Source: Dehalococcoidia bacterium (GTDB taxonomy: Bacteria; Chloroflexota; Dehalococcoidia; Lucifugimonadales; UBA3495). From it: a stretch of DNA of 64,000 nt. The position numbers and the translations under genes are program-made. Of this stretch, positions 17,557 to 27,267 are shown piece by piece; position 1 is the first letter of the stretch; each line of letters opens with the position of its first letter. The notes beneath the pieces are model-generated. The model searched no databases, was not told the origin of the DNA, and saw nothing but the letters and a program-made list of their open reading frames with translations. The DNA lies in contig CBDBDT010000001.1 of the NCBI GenBank assembly GCA_965203975.1, positions 56,675 to 120,674 of the forward strand. The letters are read 5' to 3'.

Positions 17557-18114
17557 ATGGCGCGGCTAGGCAACGTTGAGAGAGACGAGTTGAAACCCGA
17601 GGAACACCAGTATTACGACTCCATAGCCGACAGCCGCGGCAGCGTGCGCGGCCCCTACGGCGTGCTGCTACACAGCCCCGACCTGGCGGCGCGGGTGGCC
17701 CACACCGGAGCCTACGTCCGGTTCAACCTGGACCTGCCCGAGTCGCTGAAGGAGACAATCATCATCACCACGGCCCGGGAGATCAAGAACCAGTATGAGT
17801 TCTCGGCCCACGCCCGCCTGGCGCGGCAGGCCGGGGTGCCGGATGATACCATCGCTGCCATCGCCAACGGCACCGCTCCCTATGGATTGGAGGGCGAGAC
17901 GGCCCTGCTGGTCACCTATACCAAGGAACTGCTGCAGTACCGGAAGATAAGCGACGCCACTTATAAAGCAGTCGTGGACAAGTATGGCGTGAGCAAGACC
18001 CTGGAGATCACCGCCCTGATTGGCCATTACCTGCTGGTGGGCCAGATCCTGGCGGCCTTCGAGGTCGACCTCCCGGAGGGGGTGGGGCCGGAGATTCCCG
18101 TAACCGGACAATAG
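17557..18114 (+). CDS. Carboxymuconolactone decarboxylase/AhpD-like protein
   Basis: GPYGVLLHSPDLA...EFSAHARLARQAGV. Confidence 0.8.
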   Translation: MARLGNVERDELKPEEHQYYDSIADSRGSVRGPYGVLLHSPDLAARVAHTGAYVRFNLDLPESLKETIIITTAREIKNQYEFSAHARLARQAGVPDDTIAAIANGTAPYGLEGETALLVTYTKELLQYRKISDATYKAVVDKYGVSKTLEITALIGHYLLVGQILAAFEVDLPEGVGPEIPVTGQ

Positions 18115-18133
18115 CAATCCAGGGGAGGGCTTT

Positions 18134-18661
18134 ATGCTGCCTGCAGAAGGACTCTTGACCACGCACCGGCGGAACTGGGACATGATCGACGCCGCGCTGG
18201 CCGACATGGACGACGCACTCATCGCCCGCATCCCCGCCGAGCAGTGCAACTCGGTGGCCTGGATCATGTGGCACATGTGCCGGGTGGTGGATACGTTCAT
18301 CCACACCCGCCTGCAGGAGACGGACCAGCTTTGGACCAGCGGCGGCTGGGCCGGCCGGTTCGGCATGGCCGATGACCCGGAGGATCGGGGCGTGGGCTGG
18401 ACGGCCGACCAGGTGGCCGCGTGGGACGCGCCTTCCAAGGAGACGCTGGTCGGATACTACGGGGCGGTTAGAGCGGCCGCCGAAGCCTACCTGGAGGGCC
18501 TGACACTGGAGGAACTGGCGGTGGTGAAGGTGATCCCGCCGGCCCCGGAGCCGCGCACGGTGGCAGCCGGCCTGGGCCAGATGACTTGGGACGCCGTGGC
18601 CCACGGCGGACAGATTGCCTACCTGCGGGGGTTGTTCCTGGGAATGGGCTGGCACCGCTAG
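18134..18661 (+). CDS. DinB-family protein
   Basis: NSVAWIMWHMCRV...HGGQIAYLRG. Confidence 0.8.
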   Translation: MLPAEGLLTTHRRNWDMIDAALADMDDALIARIPAEQCNSVAWIMWHMCRVVDTFIHTRLQETDQLWTSGGWAGRFGMADDPEDRGVGWTADQVAAWDAPSKETLVGYYGAVRAAAEAYLEGLTLEELAVVKVIPPAPEPRTVAAGLGQMTWDAVAHGGQIAYLRGLFLGMGWHR

Positions 18662-18675
18662 TCCGGGGGAACGAT

Positions 18676-19137
18676 TCAGCGGCGGGGACGCTGCCGGTCG
18701 ACGCTGTCCAGCATCAGGGTTACCGGGCCGTCATTGGCCAGGGTCACCTCCATGTATTCCTGGAACCGCCCGGTGGCGGTGGTCAGGCCCAGCCCTCGGA
18801 ACAAGTCTACGGTGTGCTCGTAGAGGCGGCGGGCCTCTTCGGGGTTCGCTGCGGCCGTGAAGTCGGGACGCCGACCCTTGCGGGTGTCGCCGTACAGGGT
18901 GAACTGGCTGACGACCAGAAGCTCGGCGCCAACGTCCAGGGCGGAGCGGTTGAAGCGGTTCTGGTCGTCGGCAAATATCCTGAGGTTGGCGACCTTGCCG
19001 GCGAGATATGCAGCGTCGGCCTCGGTGTCCCCTTCCGCCACTCCCAGCAGGACCAGCAGTCCCGCGCCGATGGAGGAAACGGTCTCGGCGTCAATGCGGA
19101 CCGATGCCGATGAAACCCTCTGTACCAAGGCGCGCAA
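18676..19137 (-). CDS. dtd: D-aminoacyl-tRNA deacylase
   Basis: QRV, VSQFTL, NDGPVT motifs. Confidence 0.95.
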   Translation of the reverse strand: MRALVQRVSSASVRIDAETVSSIGAGLLVLLGVAEGDTEADAAYLAGKVANLRIFADDQNRFNRSALDVGAELLVVSQFTLYGDTRKGRRPDFTAAANPEEARRLYEHTVDLFRGLGLTTATGRFQEYMEVTLANDGPVTLMLDSVDRQRPRR

Positions 19138-19201
19138 AGCCCGTCACCTCATCAATGGCAGGGTGACGGGCGATTCTTGCCGCGTTGAACGGAAGTGGGT
19201 T

Positions 19202-19513
19202 CTAGGAATCGGTGGAAGCCGCAGCGGCGGTGGACTCGGACTTGGTCTCCGAGGAAGAAGTGGACTTGGACTCGGAAGAATCTGAGCCGCTCTTGGCCTC
19301 CTTTTCCTCCTTGGAGTTGTCCACCCGGGTCTTGGGGCGGCCGTAGTCGGTGGTGTAGAACCCGGACCCCTTGTAAATGACGGGTACGGCGTGGAAGACT
19401 CGGCGTCCTTCCCCGGAACAGAGGGGGCAGGTGCCGGAACCGGCTTCCTTGAAGCTCTGGGTAAGTTCAAAGTCGTTTCCACAGCTAGTACATTGGTAAT
19501 CGTAGCGTGGCAA
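19202..19513 (-). CDS. FmdB-family zinc-ribbon protein
   Basis: MPRYDYQCTSCG...CPLC...YKGSGFYTTDY, Ser-rich tail. Confidence 0.9.
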   Translation of the reverse strand: MPRYDYQCTSCGNDFELTQSFKEAGSGTCPLCSGEGRRVFHAVPVIYKGSGFYTTDYGRPKTRVDNSKEEKEAKSGSDSSESKSTSSSETKSESTAAAASTDS

Positions 19514-19572
19514 TCGAAGCCTCCTGGGGCGGGATGGAACGGGTTTTTGCCGCCAGTTGACGGCACCCGAAT

Positions 19573-19590
19573 TTGTTACAAATTTAACAA
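19573..19590. promoter_or_regulatory. Rex/CRP-like palindrome over the -10 of the FmdB-gene promoter
   Basis: TTGTTAcaaattTAACAA; TTGACA on the minus strand at 19605-19610. Confidence 0.5.
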
Positions 19591-19642
19591 ACCGGCTGTC
19601 GGGCTGTCAACGCGAGGACGCGGGGCCGGGAGCCGAAAGCAA

Positions 19643-20398
19643 TCAGCGTTCTTCCCGACGGCGGAGCTCCGCTTCGAGTTCGCGTACCCGCGCCTCGGCC
19701 TGATCTGCCCTCGCTCGCTCGGCCTCGGCCCGTTCCCGCTCAGCCTCGGCCCGTTCGCGCTCGGCATCCGCCCGTTCCTGCTCATCGCTGAACCGGGGGA
19801 TGTGCCTCCCCGTTGCCGGATCGTACCATCCCAGCTTCCCGTCTTCCCACCGTAAGAACAAGTCCAGCGCCGCGCTGTATCCCTGGTACGTCCCAGCGTC
19901 TATCTGTTCGATGGGGATGGGCTCGTAGAGGCTGTTCACCAACCGGTCCCCGGCCAGGGGAGCACCGTGGTAGCGTCCACCGGAATCGTCGAACCGCCAG
20001 TACTCAGGGATACCTAGGGCGGCGTATCCCTCCCTCTTGACGGTAACGTCGCGGCGGCCGGTGTAGCGCGACCCAATCTCCAGCACGAAGTCCGGCGGCT
20101 TGCCCTGCTCGGAGATGACGTACCCGTTGCGCTCCCTGGCGGCGGCGGGGTTGACGTTGAAGGCGATGAACAGGTCGGGAGCGAACAGTCCTTGCTGACT
20201 GGAGGTCGGCTCCTTGGCGATGTAGACATCGCCAAACATCAGGGTGGTATCCGGGTTGCCGAAGTGTAGAGCCAGAAAGTGGGAGTTGCCGGGAGAGTGC
20301 AGAAAAAGATAGTTGTTCATGTCCTCTGGCTTCGGCGCGTCGGGCAGCACGAGGTATCCGGCGGCGGGGGCGGCCTTGGCAGAAGGATTGGTGGTCAT
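19643..20398 (-). CDS. Uma2-family endonuclease with coiled-coil tail
   Basis: APDLFIAF, GKPPDFVLEIGS, YAALGIPEYW; ERAEAER repeats. Confidence 0.9.
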   Translation of the reverse strand: MTTNPSAKAAPAAGYLVLPDAPKPEDMNNYLFLHSPGNSHFLALHFGNPDTTLMFGDVYIAKEPTSSQQGLFAPDLFIAFNVNPAAARERNGYVISEQGKPPDFVLEIGSRYTGRRDVTVKREGYAALGIPEYWRFDDSGGRYHGAPLAGDRLVNSLYEPIPIEQIDAGTYQGYSAALDLFLRWEDGKLGWYDPATGRHIPRFSDEQERADAERERAEAERERAEAERARADQAEARVRELEAELRRREER

Positions 20399-20657
20399 GA
20401 CAGGCCTCGCGGACAGCGGTCTAATGGCGGAGCGGGCTACCGCACCGGAGCCAAAACCAGCGCAATAGCCGCAACAGAAAGAAGCGACTTCCAGACCGGG
20501 GATGGTCTGACCATTATACGGTATTGGGGGCACGAGTTTCTCCCGGCGTGTCCCGTTGGAGCCTGTACCTCGGCGGCGGTGAACGAGTCCGTTTGACACG
20601 GTTTTGTGCCCTCAATAGACTGGTTCGGGCGCAGTGTCGTCAGTTTCAGGAGGAGCT

Positions 20658-21521
20658 TTGGGAGCAGATATTAGGCGACCGGTCAGCAAATTCGTGGAGG
20701 CCAACGGCATCCGGCATCACTACCTGGAATGGGGCGAGGCGGAAAGCCCTCCGCTGGTGATGATGCACGGAATAGGGTTGTGTGCCCAGGTATGGAACGC
20801 CAACGCCCGGGACCTGTCTCGAGACTACCGGGTCATCTGCCCCGACCTGCGGGGGCACGGCGACACGGACAAGCCGGGGAAGGGATACACCTTCCTGGAC
20901 CTGGGGGCGGACATTGCGGCAGTAATCCAGGCCCTCCGACTGGAGCGTCCCTTCGGCGTGGGGCATTCGGCCGGGGGGATGGCCCTGCTGCTGGCCGATT
21001 CGTCCCATCCGGGAATCGTGGGGAAGGTGGCGCTGCTGGATACCCGGGTCGGCCCCAGCCCGATGGAGATGCTGACGCCGGAGGATCAGCGGGACCGGAT
21101 GGCCCGCACAGCCCAGAAGCGTTCCGTCTGGAACAGCCGGCAAGAGATGTTCGACGCCTACCGTCACCGACGCACCTTCACCACCTGGACCGATGAGGTG
21201 TTCACTGACTACATAGATGGGGGAACGTGGCTGCTGGATGACGGGCGGGTGGAGATAAAGTGTCCCAACGACGCCGAGGCGGCTTTCTACGTAGCCCGGC
21301 AGGAGTTGAATCCCCCGGAGATCCTGAAGGGCCTGGGTGGCGACTACCTGCTGCTGGTGGGGGAATACGAGGGGAGGCAGACGGAGCAGGATGCAGCGGT
21401 ACAGCACCTGGTCAGGGAGGCGCACAGCTTCCGTCTAAAGCCATTGGGGAAGGGGTCCCACTTCGTCCCCATGGAGCACCCGGACCATTGCCTGGCGGAG
21501 ATTCGGAAGTTCTTCGACTGA
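20658..21521 (+). CDS. Alpha/beta hydrolase
   Basis: MMHG, DLRGHG, GHSAGG, SHFVPME. Confidence 0.9.
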   Translation: MGADIRRPVSKFVEANGIRHHYLEWGEAESPPLVMMHGIGLCAQVWNANARDLSRDYRVICPDLRGHGDTDKPGKGYTFLDLGADIAAVIQALRLERPFGVGHSAGGMALLLADSSHPGIVGKVALLDTRVGPSPMEMLTPEDQRDRMARTAQKRSVWNSRQEMFDAYRHRRTFTTWTDEVFTDYIDGGTWLLDDGRVEIKCPNDAEAAFYVARQELNPPEILKGLGGDYLLLVGEYEGRQTEQDAAVQHLVREAHSFRLKPLGKGSHFVPMEHPDHCLAEIRKFFD

Positions 21522-21530
21522 TCCCCGACC

Positions 21531-23396
21531 CTAGCGGGCGAACTCCAGCCAAGCTTCTTCCAGCTCTTCCCGCACGTTCTCGTGCTCTTCGCCCAGGCGG
21601 ACGATGGCGTCCATGTCCTGACCGGCCGAGGCGTTCTCCAGGTCCATTTCTATCCTGGACAACCGGATTTCCAGGTCGTCGATGACCTGGGCCATATCGA
21701 CTTTTGGTTCCTTCGGCTTGAGTTTGGCCTTGACCGCAGTCGGTTGGCGCCTCGATACAGGCCGCGGGCGGCGCGGTTCCGGCGGCGGCTCGGGGCGGTT
21801 CTTCCGCTCCCATTCGGCATAGGTTCCCGGGAACACCGTCACCTGACCATCCTCGGCAATCCATAGCTGCTGGGCGATGAGGGAGATGAAGTGGCGGTCG
21901 TGGGAAACAACGACGATGGTTCCCTCGTAGTCCAGCAGGACCTTTTCCAGCGCCTCGCGGGTGGCGATGTCCAGGTGGGTCGTGGGTTCGTCGAGGACCA
22001 GCAGATTGGGTTCGGTTATAAGCAGGCGGGCCAGGGAGAGGCGGCTGCGCTGCCCACCGCTCAGAGTGCCGACCTCCTGGAAAACCTCGTCGTTCCGGAA
22101 GAGGAAGCGGGCCAGATAGGGGCGGACTTCGGGGAGAGGGATGTTCCGGGCTTCCAGCAACGCTTCAAAGACGGTGATGTCCTCGGGGATGGAATCGTGC
22201 TCCTGCCGGTAGTACCCCACTTCGACGGCTGCGGCTAGGTAGGCCGATCCTTCCAGCGGGCGTTGTTCGCCCAGGATGGTGTTGAGGAAGGTGGTCTTGC
22301 CCGCGCCGTTGTCGCCCAGGACGGCGACCCGGGTACCCCGCTCCAACTGGATGTCCGGGACGGAGAGAAGCCTGTGGGGTTGGCCGTTTTCGAAGTATCC
22401 GGCGGCCAGGTTCTGGGTCCGCAGGACGACGTGCTCGGTGCGCCCGGCGGTGACCGACGCCAGCCGGATGGGAGCGTCCGTGGGCGGCGCTTCGAAGCGC
22501 TCCATGCGGGCTAGGCGCTTGGCCCGTCCCTGGGCCTCCCGCGCCCGCTGCCCGGCGCCGTAGCGGCGGATGAACTCTTCCTCTTTGGAAATGTATTCCT
22601 GCTGGCGCTGGAAACGCTTGCGCTGCCAGTTAATCTGCTCCCCCTTCAGAGCGCGGTACTTCGTGTAGTTGCCCGGGAAGCTCTGCAGCCGCTCGTGGTC
22701 CAGTTCCCAGATGCGGTTGACCACCCGGTCGAGGAAGTAGCGGTCATGGGACACGACCAGGAAAGCCTTGCGGAAGTGGCTCAGGAGGCGCTCCAGCCAG
22801 GCCAGGCCCTTCAGGTCAAGGTAGTTGGTGGGCTCGTCGAGGATGAGCAGGTCCGGCTCGGAGAGCAGGGCGCGGGCCAAGGCAGCCCGGGTGCGTTCCC
22901 CGCCGCTGGCGGCGTCCGCCGGAGCGTCCAGTGTGCCGGGAGTGAGGCCGATTCCGGCGGCCACCCGTTCCAGGCGGCTCTCGTAATCGTAGCCGCCCCG
23001 GGCCTCAAGTTGGTCCAGCAAAGAGGCGTAATCTTCGGTGGGAAAGTCATCCCCGTCGTGCCCGTTGCCGCCGAGAAGGGCGAGGCTGGACTCGATCTGG
23101 CCTTCCAGCAGGCGCAGGTCGTCGAAAGCGGTCATAACGAAGTCGCGGACGGTGCCCGATATTTCGCCGGGGAGGACCTGGGGTACGTAGCCGATGCGAA
23201 GGCCGGAATGGAGGCGAAGCCGGCCCGCGTCGGGCTCGGTGTCCCCGGAAATCACCCGCAGCAGGGATGTCTTGCCCGCCCCGTTGGGGCCGACCATTCC
23301 GATGCGGGCGTCGTCGGGGATTTCCAGGTGAATCCCGGAAAAGACCTCCACGTCCCCGTAGGACAGGGCCAGCCCCGATGCCGAAACGATGTTCAC
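21531..23396 (-). CDS. ABC-F family ATPase
   Basis: Two ABC domains (GPNGAGKT, GDNGAGKT, LDEPT), no TM segments, C-terminal coiled coil. Confidence 0.92.
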   Translation of the reverse strand: MNIVSASGLALSYGDVEVFSGIHLEIPDDARIGMVGPNGAGKTSLLRVISGDTEPDAGRLRLHSGLRIGYVPQVLPGEISGTVRDFVMTAFDDLRLLEGQIESSLALLGGNGHDGDDFPTEDYASLLDQLEARGGYDYESRLERVAAGIGLTPGTLDAPADAASGGERTRAALARALLSEPDLLILDEPTNYLDLKGLAWLERLLSHFRKAFLVVSHDRYFLDRVVNRIWELDHERLQSFPGNYTKYRALKGEQINWQRKRFQRQQEYISKEEEFIRRYGAGQRAREAQGRAKRLARMERFEAPPTDAPIRLASVTAGRTEHVVLRTQNLAAGYFENGQPHRLLSVPDIQLERGTRVAVLGDNGAGKTTFLNTILGEQRPLEGSAYLAAAVEVGYYRQEHDSIPEDITVFEALLEARNIPLPEVRPYLARFLFRNDEVFQEVGTLSGGQRSRLSLARLLITEPNLLVLDEPTTHLDIATREALEKVLLDYEGTIVVVSHDRHFISLIAQQLWIAEDGQVTVFPGTYAEWERKNRPEPPPEPRRPRPVSRRQPTAVKAKLKPKEPKVDMAQVIDDLEIRLSRIEMDLENASAGQDMDAIVRLGEEHENVREELEEAWLEFAR

Positions 23397-23637
23397 GGAA
23401 GCGGGTCCCGGGACTGCGAAATGGGATAAGACAATGAGGGGATTGCGTAGGGGTTGGTCGGGCGTAGTGACAGCATTGCCGCTATTTTATGCGGTTGTGC
23501 GGTAGTGTTACAAGATTTTCCTGGCGGAGTCTGGTAGCGAAGCCTCCGGGTGAGGGAACGGGGAGGCAATGTGTTAAAATCAGCCACGGTTTTCCGGTGT
23601 CCGCACTTTTCCCTTCAGGTTGTTTACGGGAGGGTCC

Positions 23638-24477
23638 ATGACAGGCAACGTTATGACCGTCGGCAACGTCTCCATCACATCGCTTTCCGACGGGCTGTTG
23701 GAGTTCGACCTTTGCAACTTCTTCCCCACAATTCCCGAAGAGAATTGGGAGCCCTACCGGGGCCACCTCAGCCCCGAAGGGAAGGTCAGCTTCAACCTGG
23801 CGGCCTTCCTCATCCGCTCCGACGGCAAGAATATCCTGGTGGACACCGGGTTGGGGCCGAAGCCGGCCGAAGCGCCGGAGACACCGTGGGGCGAGCTGCT
23901 GAACGACTTCGCGGCCCACGGCATCAGCCCGGACGAGATTGACGCGGTGGTGATGACCCACCTGCATCGGGACCACGTGGGCTGGAACCTCCAGTCCAGC
24001 GACGGCAAGTTCGTCCCCACCTTCCCCAATGCCCGATACTGGCTGAGCCGGGGTGACTGGGAGGCGTGCCACGATCCGGCGCTGATTGAGGGACGGTTCC
24101 CCAACGCTCCCCAGTGCGTGTGGCCGCTGGAGGACCTGGGCCTGATCGAGTTCATGGAGGGAGAGACCCAGATAACCAGCGACCTGACCAGCCTGCCCTC
24201 TCCCGGGCACACTCCGGGACACATGAGCATCGTCATCCGCTCCCAGGGCGAGTCGGCCCTGGTGCTGGGCGACGTCCTGCATAACACTGCCCAGGTGCAC
24301 GAGCAGGACTGGGTCTCCCGGGCCGACATGGACGCTGCCCAGGCCCGCGCCACCCGCGGCTCCCTGCTGGACCGGCTGGAACAGGAGGGAATGCCGGTGG
24401 CTGCGGTGCATCTGCCCGCCCCCGGATTCGGCAAGATAGTCCGGCTGGAGGGCCGCCGCTACTGGCAGGCCCTGTGA
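23638..24477 (+). CDS. MBL-fold metallohydrolase
   Basis: THLHRDHVG, PGHTPGH, GDVLH. Confidence 0.9.
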   Translation: MTGNVMTVGNVSITSLSDGLLEFDLCNFFPTIPEENWEPYRGHLSPEGKVSFNLAAFLIRSDGKNILVDTGLGPKPAEAPETPWGELLNDFAAHGISPDEIDAVVMTHLHRDHVGWNLQSSDGKFVPTFPNARYWLSRGDWEACHDPALIEGRFPNAPQCVWPLEDLGLIEFMEGETQITSDLTSLPSPGHTPGHMSIVIRSQGESALVLGDVLHNTAQVHEQDWVSRADMDAAQARATRGSLLDRLEQEGMPVAAVHLPAPGFGKIVRLEGRRYWQAL

Positions 24478-24532
24478 TTCGATTTTCCCCGGTACGGCTT
24501 TTCCCTGCCACGAGGTTATCCGAGGTTTTCTG

Positions 24533-25591
24533 ATGAAATTCGGTCTGTTCCATTCCGTCCAGCTTCCCGACCCGAACCGGGAGGTGGAGTACTACCGGGA
24601 GGCGCTGGACCAGGTGCTGTGGGCTGAGCAGATGGGATACGACTCGGTGTGGTTCACTGAGCACCACTTCTCCCGCCACGGCATCGTCTCCGCTCCCTTC
24701 TCCGTCCTGTCCTACCTGGCCGCGAAGACCAGCGTGATCCGGCTGGGGACGGCGGTGACCGTCCTGCCCTTCCATAATCCGATACAGATTGCCGAGGAGG
24801 CTGCTACGGTGGATCTGCTGAGCGGCGGACGGCTGGATCTGGGTGTAGGCCGGGGGTACCAGTGGGGCGAGTATCACAAGCTGAACATCGCCATGGACGA
24901 GGCGGACCGACGTTTCCAGGAAGCTCTGGACGTCCTGGTGCAGGGCTGGACGGCCCGGGAACCCTTTGAACACGATGGAGAGTTCTGGACCTACAACGAC
25001 ATGACGGTCCATCCCAAGCCTGTCCAGCAGCCCCACCCGCCGCTGTGGGTGGCGGCGTCCAGCCAGCCCAGCATGGACCGCATCGCCGCCCACGGCTGGA
25101 ACCTGCTGGTGGGCCAGGGGGAAAGCTTCTCCCGGGTGGCGTCCCAGTTTGACTACTTCCGTTCCGCTGTGGGCGAGGCGGGAGACGATTCCGGCGGCGC
25201 GCCGGGACGGGTGACGGTGGCGCGGGCCATGTACACCGCTCCGGACCCGGAGCGAGTCTTCGACGAGGCGCGGGTGCCCTTCATGTGGTTCAAGGAAACG
25301 GGCAACGAGGTCGGCGCTCCACCGGAGCGGCGGGGGGAACTTCTTCCCGACAACTTCGCGGAGTACCGGCTTCGCTTTTCCGCCGAATCATCCCTGGACT
25401 TCCGGCAGATGATGGAGGACGTCATCCTGTTCGGCTCTCCCGACCAGGTCTGCGAAAAGGTGGAGACGCTGCGGGAGGCGGGGGTTGAGAAAGTCATCCT
25501 GTTCGTGAACTACGGCGGCATCCAACACCAGAAAGTCCTGGACTCCCTGGAGTTGTTCGCCAATGAGGTGATGCCGTCCTTCGCGGAGTAG
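24533..25591 (+). CDS. LLM-class flavin-dependent monooxygenase
   Basis: WFTEHHF, EEAATVDLLSGGRL, PKPVQQPHPP. Confidence 0.9.
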   Translation: MKFGLFHSVQLPDPNREVEYYREALDQVLWAEQMGYDSVWFTEHHFSRHGIVSAPFSVLSYLAAKTSVIRLGTAVTVLPFHNPIQIAEEAATVDLLSGGRLDLGVGRGYQWGEYHKLNIAMDEADRRFQEALDVLVQGWTAREPFEHDGEFWTYNDMTVHPKPVQQPHPPLWVAASSQPSMDRIAAHGWNLLVGQGESFSRVASQFDYFRSAVGEAGDDSGGAPGRVTVARAMYTAPDPERVFDEARVPFMWFKETGNEVGAPPERRGELLPDNFAEYRLRFSAESSLDFRQMMEDVILFGSPDQVCEKVETLREAGVEKVILFVNYGGIQHQKVLDSLELFANEVMPSFAE

Positions 25592-25613
25592 CAGAAGGAT
25601 AGGCGGTCGGCCC

Positions 25614-26618
25614 ATGTCCCAGCCGGATTTCAGCCAGCAGTACACTGAGCCCACCGGCGATCCCTGGCCGGACCTGCGGGCGCAGCCCCGCAGCTTCTTC
25701 AAGGCGCCCCTCTGCAACAACCTGGATGAGCTGGACGCTGACGTGGCGTTCATCGGGATGCCCTTCGACCAGGGTACTTTCGGACGGCCCGGCGCCCGCT
25801 TCGGCCCCGACGCCATCCGGGACGCGCCCCGGGCCTATCCCTACACCGACCCCTCCGGCCAGCAGGCGGAGGCAGAGGGGTTCTTCGACATCGACGCCGG
25901 GGATGAGCTGCTGCGGGGCATCACCATGGCCGACTGCGGCAACGTCACCACCATCCCGTCCGACGTGCTGCAAAACTTCGACAAGCTGACCCGTTCGGTG
26001 GCAAAGGTGGCGGAACGGGGATCGTTCCCGGTGGTCGTGGGCGGCGATCACGCCATCACCTACCCGGTGGTTCGGGGCCTGAGCCGGTTCGAGCCGCTGA
26101 ACATCGTCCATTTCGACGCCCACCTGGACTACTCCCACGACTACCAGGGGGCGCTCCAGACCCACGGCAGTCCTATCCGCCGCTGCCGGGAGCTGCCCTT
26201 TGTCCGCCACATAACCTCGGTGGGCATCCGCACGGCGCGGCGCCAGCCCTACGAGGACGCGATTGAGCATGGTAGCCTGATAATCACGACCAACCGTTTT
26301 CGTGAGCTGGGGCCGGCAGGAGTGGCGGAGTTGGTTCCCCGGGGTGAGAACCTTTACGTAACCTTGGACATTGACGTGATGGACCCCAGCCAGGCTCCTG
26401 GCACCGGCACGCCGGAAATCGGGGGGCTGTTCTACCAGGAAGCCCGGGAGTGCCTGGCCGCCCTGGTCGAACGGAACCATCTCATCGGTTTCGACCTGGT
26501 GGAGGTTGCGCCTCCCTATGATTCTTCGGAGATAACCGCGCAACTGGGGGCGAGATTGATCATCGACATCCTGGCGGCCCGGTTCCCGTCTAAGCGGGCG
26601 CCGGGAAACAACGGCTGA
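25614..26618 (+). CDS. Ureohydrolase (agmatinase/arginase family)
   Basis: GGDHAIT, DAHLD, DIDVMDP, PGTGTPE; metal ligands intact. Confidence 0.9.
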   Translation: MSQPDFSQQYTEPTGDPWPDLRAQPRSFFKAPLCNNLDELDADVAFIGMPFDQGTFGRPGARFGPDAIRDAPRAYPYTDPSGQQAEAEGFFDIDAGDELLRGITMADCGNVTTIPSDVLQNFDKLTRSVAKVAERGSFPVVVGGDHAITYPVVRGLSRFEPLNIVHFDAHLDYSHDYQGALQTHGSPIRRCRELPFVRHITSVGIRTARRQPYEDAIEHGSLIITTNRFRELGPAGVAELVPRGENLYVTLDIDVMDPSQAPGTGTPEIGGLFYQEARECLAALVERNHLIGFDLVEVAPPYDSSEITAQLGARLIIDILAARFPSKRAPGNNG

Positions 26619-26656
26619 GGCCGGGGGAAGATTAAACGAGGGCAGGAAGTATTCCA

Positions 26657-26956
26657 ATGCCAAGAGTACATGACCGCGGGGGATGGCCCACCGATGAACC
26701 CATCGACCGCAGCGAGCACGAGTTGATGGACTGGGAGCGACGCATGGACGCGCTCCACCAGGTGCTGGGCGGGAAGGGCATCCGCACCACTGACGAGATG
26801 CGCCGGGCCATCGAAAGCCTGGAACCATCGGCCTACGAGTCCATGAGCTACTACGAGCGGTGGACTGCCGCGCTGGAGATTCTGCTGGTGGAGAAGGGAA
26901 TCCTCACCACGGAAGAGATTGACGCGCGGGCGTCCGGCATCCCGGGGGAAGGGTGA
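26657..26956 (+). CDS. Nitrile hydratase beta N-terminal half (ScnB-like)
   Basis: HDRGG...WERR...DEMRRAIE...YYERW. Confidence 0.85.
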   Translation: MPRVHDRGGWPTDEPIDRSEHELMDWERRMDALHQVLGGKGIRTTDEMRRAIESLEPSAYESMSYYERWTAALEILLVEKGILTTEEIDARASGIPGEG

Positions 26957-27246
26957 CCGCCGTGTCCGTGCAGTACCGGGTTGACGATCGGGTACGGGTG
27001 CGGGTTGGCTCTCCGCCGGGCCACTTCCGCACTCCCACGTATATCCAGGGAAAGACAGGGCGCGTGGAAGCCCTCTGTGGCAGCTTCCGCAACCCGGAGT
27101 CCCTGGCCCACGGCGGAGACGGGCTGCCCATGCAGCCGTTGTACCGCATCGAGTTTTCTCAGAACGACCTTTGGGACGGCTACTCCGGGCCGGCTTCCGA
27201 CAAGCTGCTGGTGGACGTTTACCAGCACTGGCTGGAACCGGCCTAG
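26953..27246 (+). CDS. Nitrile hydratase beta C-terminal SH3-like half (ScnA-like)
   Basis: GHFRTPTYIQGKTG...LYRIEF...DVYQHWLE. Confidence 0.85.
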   Translation: MTAVSVQYRVDDRVRVRVGSPPGHFRTPTYIQGKTGRVEALCGSFRNPESLAHGGDGLPMQPLYRIEFSQNDLWDGYSGPASDKLLVDVYQHWLEPA

Positions 27247-27267
27247 GCCAGGAACAGGAGACATTAA

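Noticed and set aside
19716-19777. 21-bp tandem repeat, three copies
   Set aside because: It encodes the ERAEAER coiled coil typical of Uma2 proteins; not CRISPR or regulatory.
23510-23570. Possible guanidine-I (ykkC) riboswitch ahead of the ureohydrolase cluster
   Set aside because: Only gtctggt resembles it; GGGTTCCG and the 3' AAAAGCCCGG are absent.
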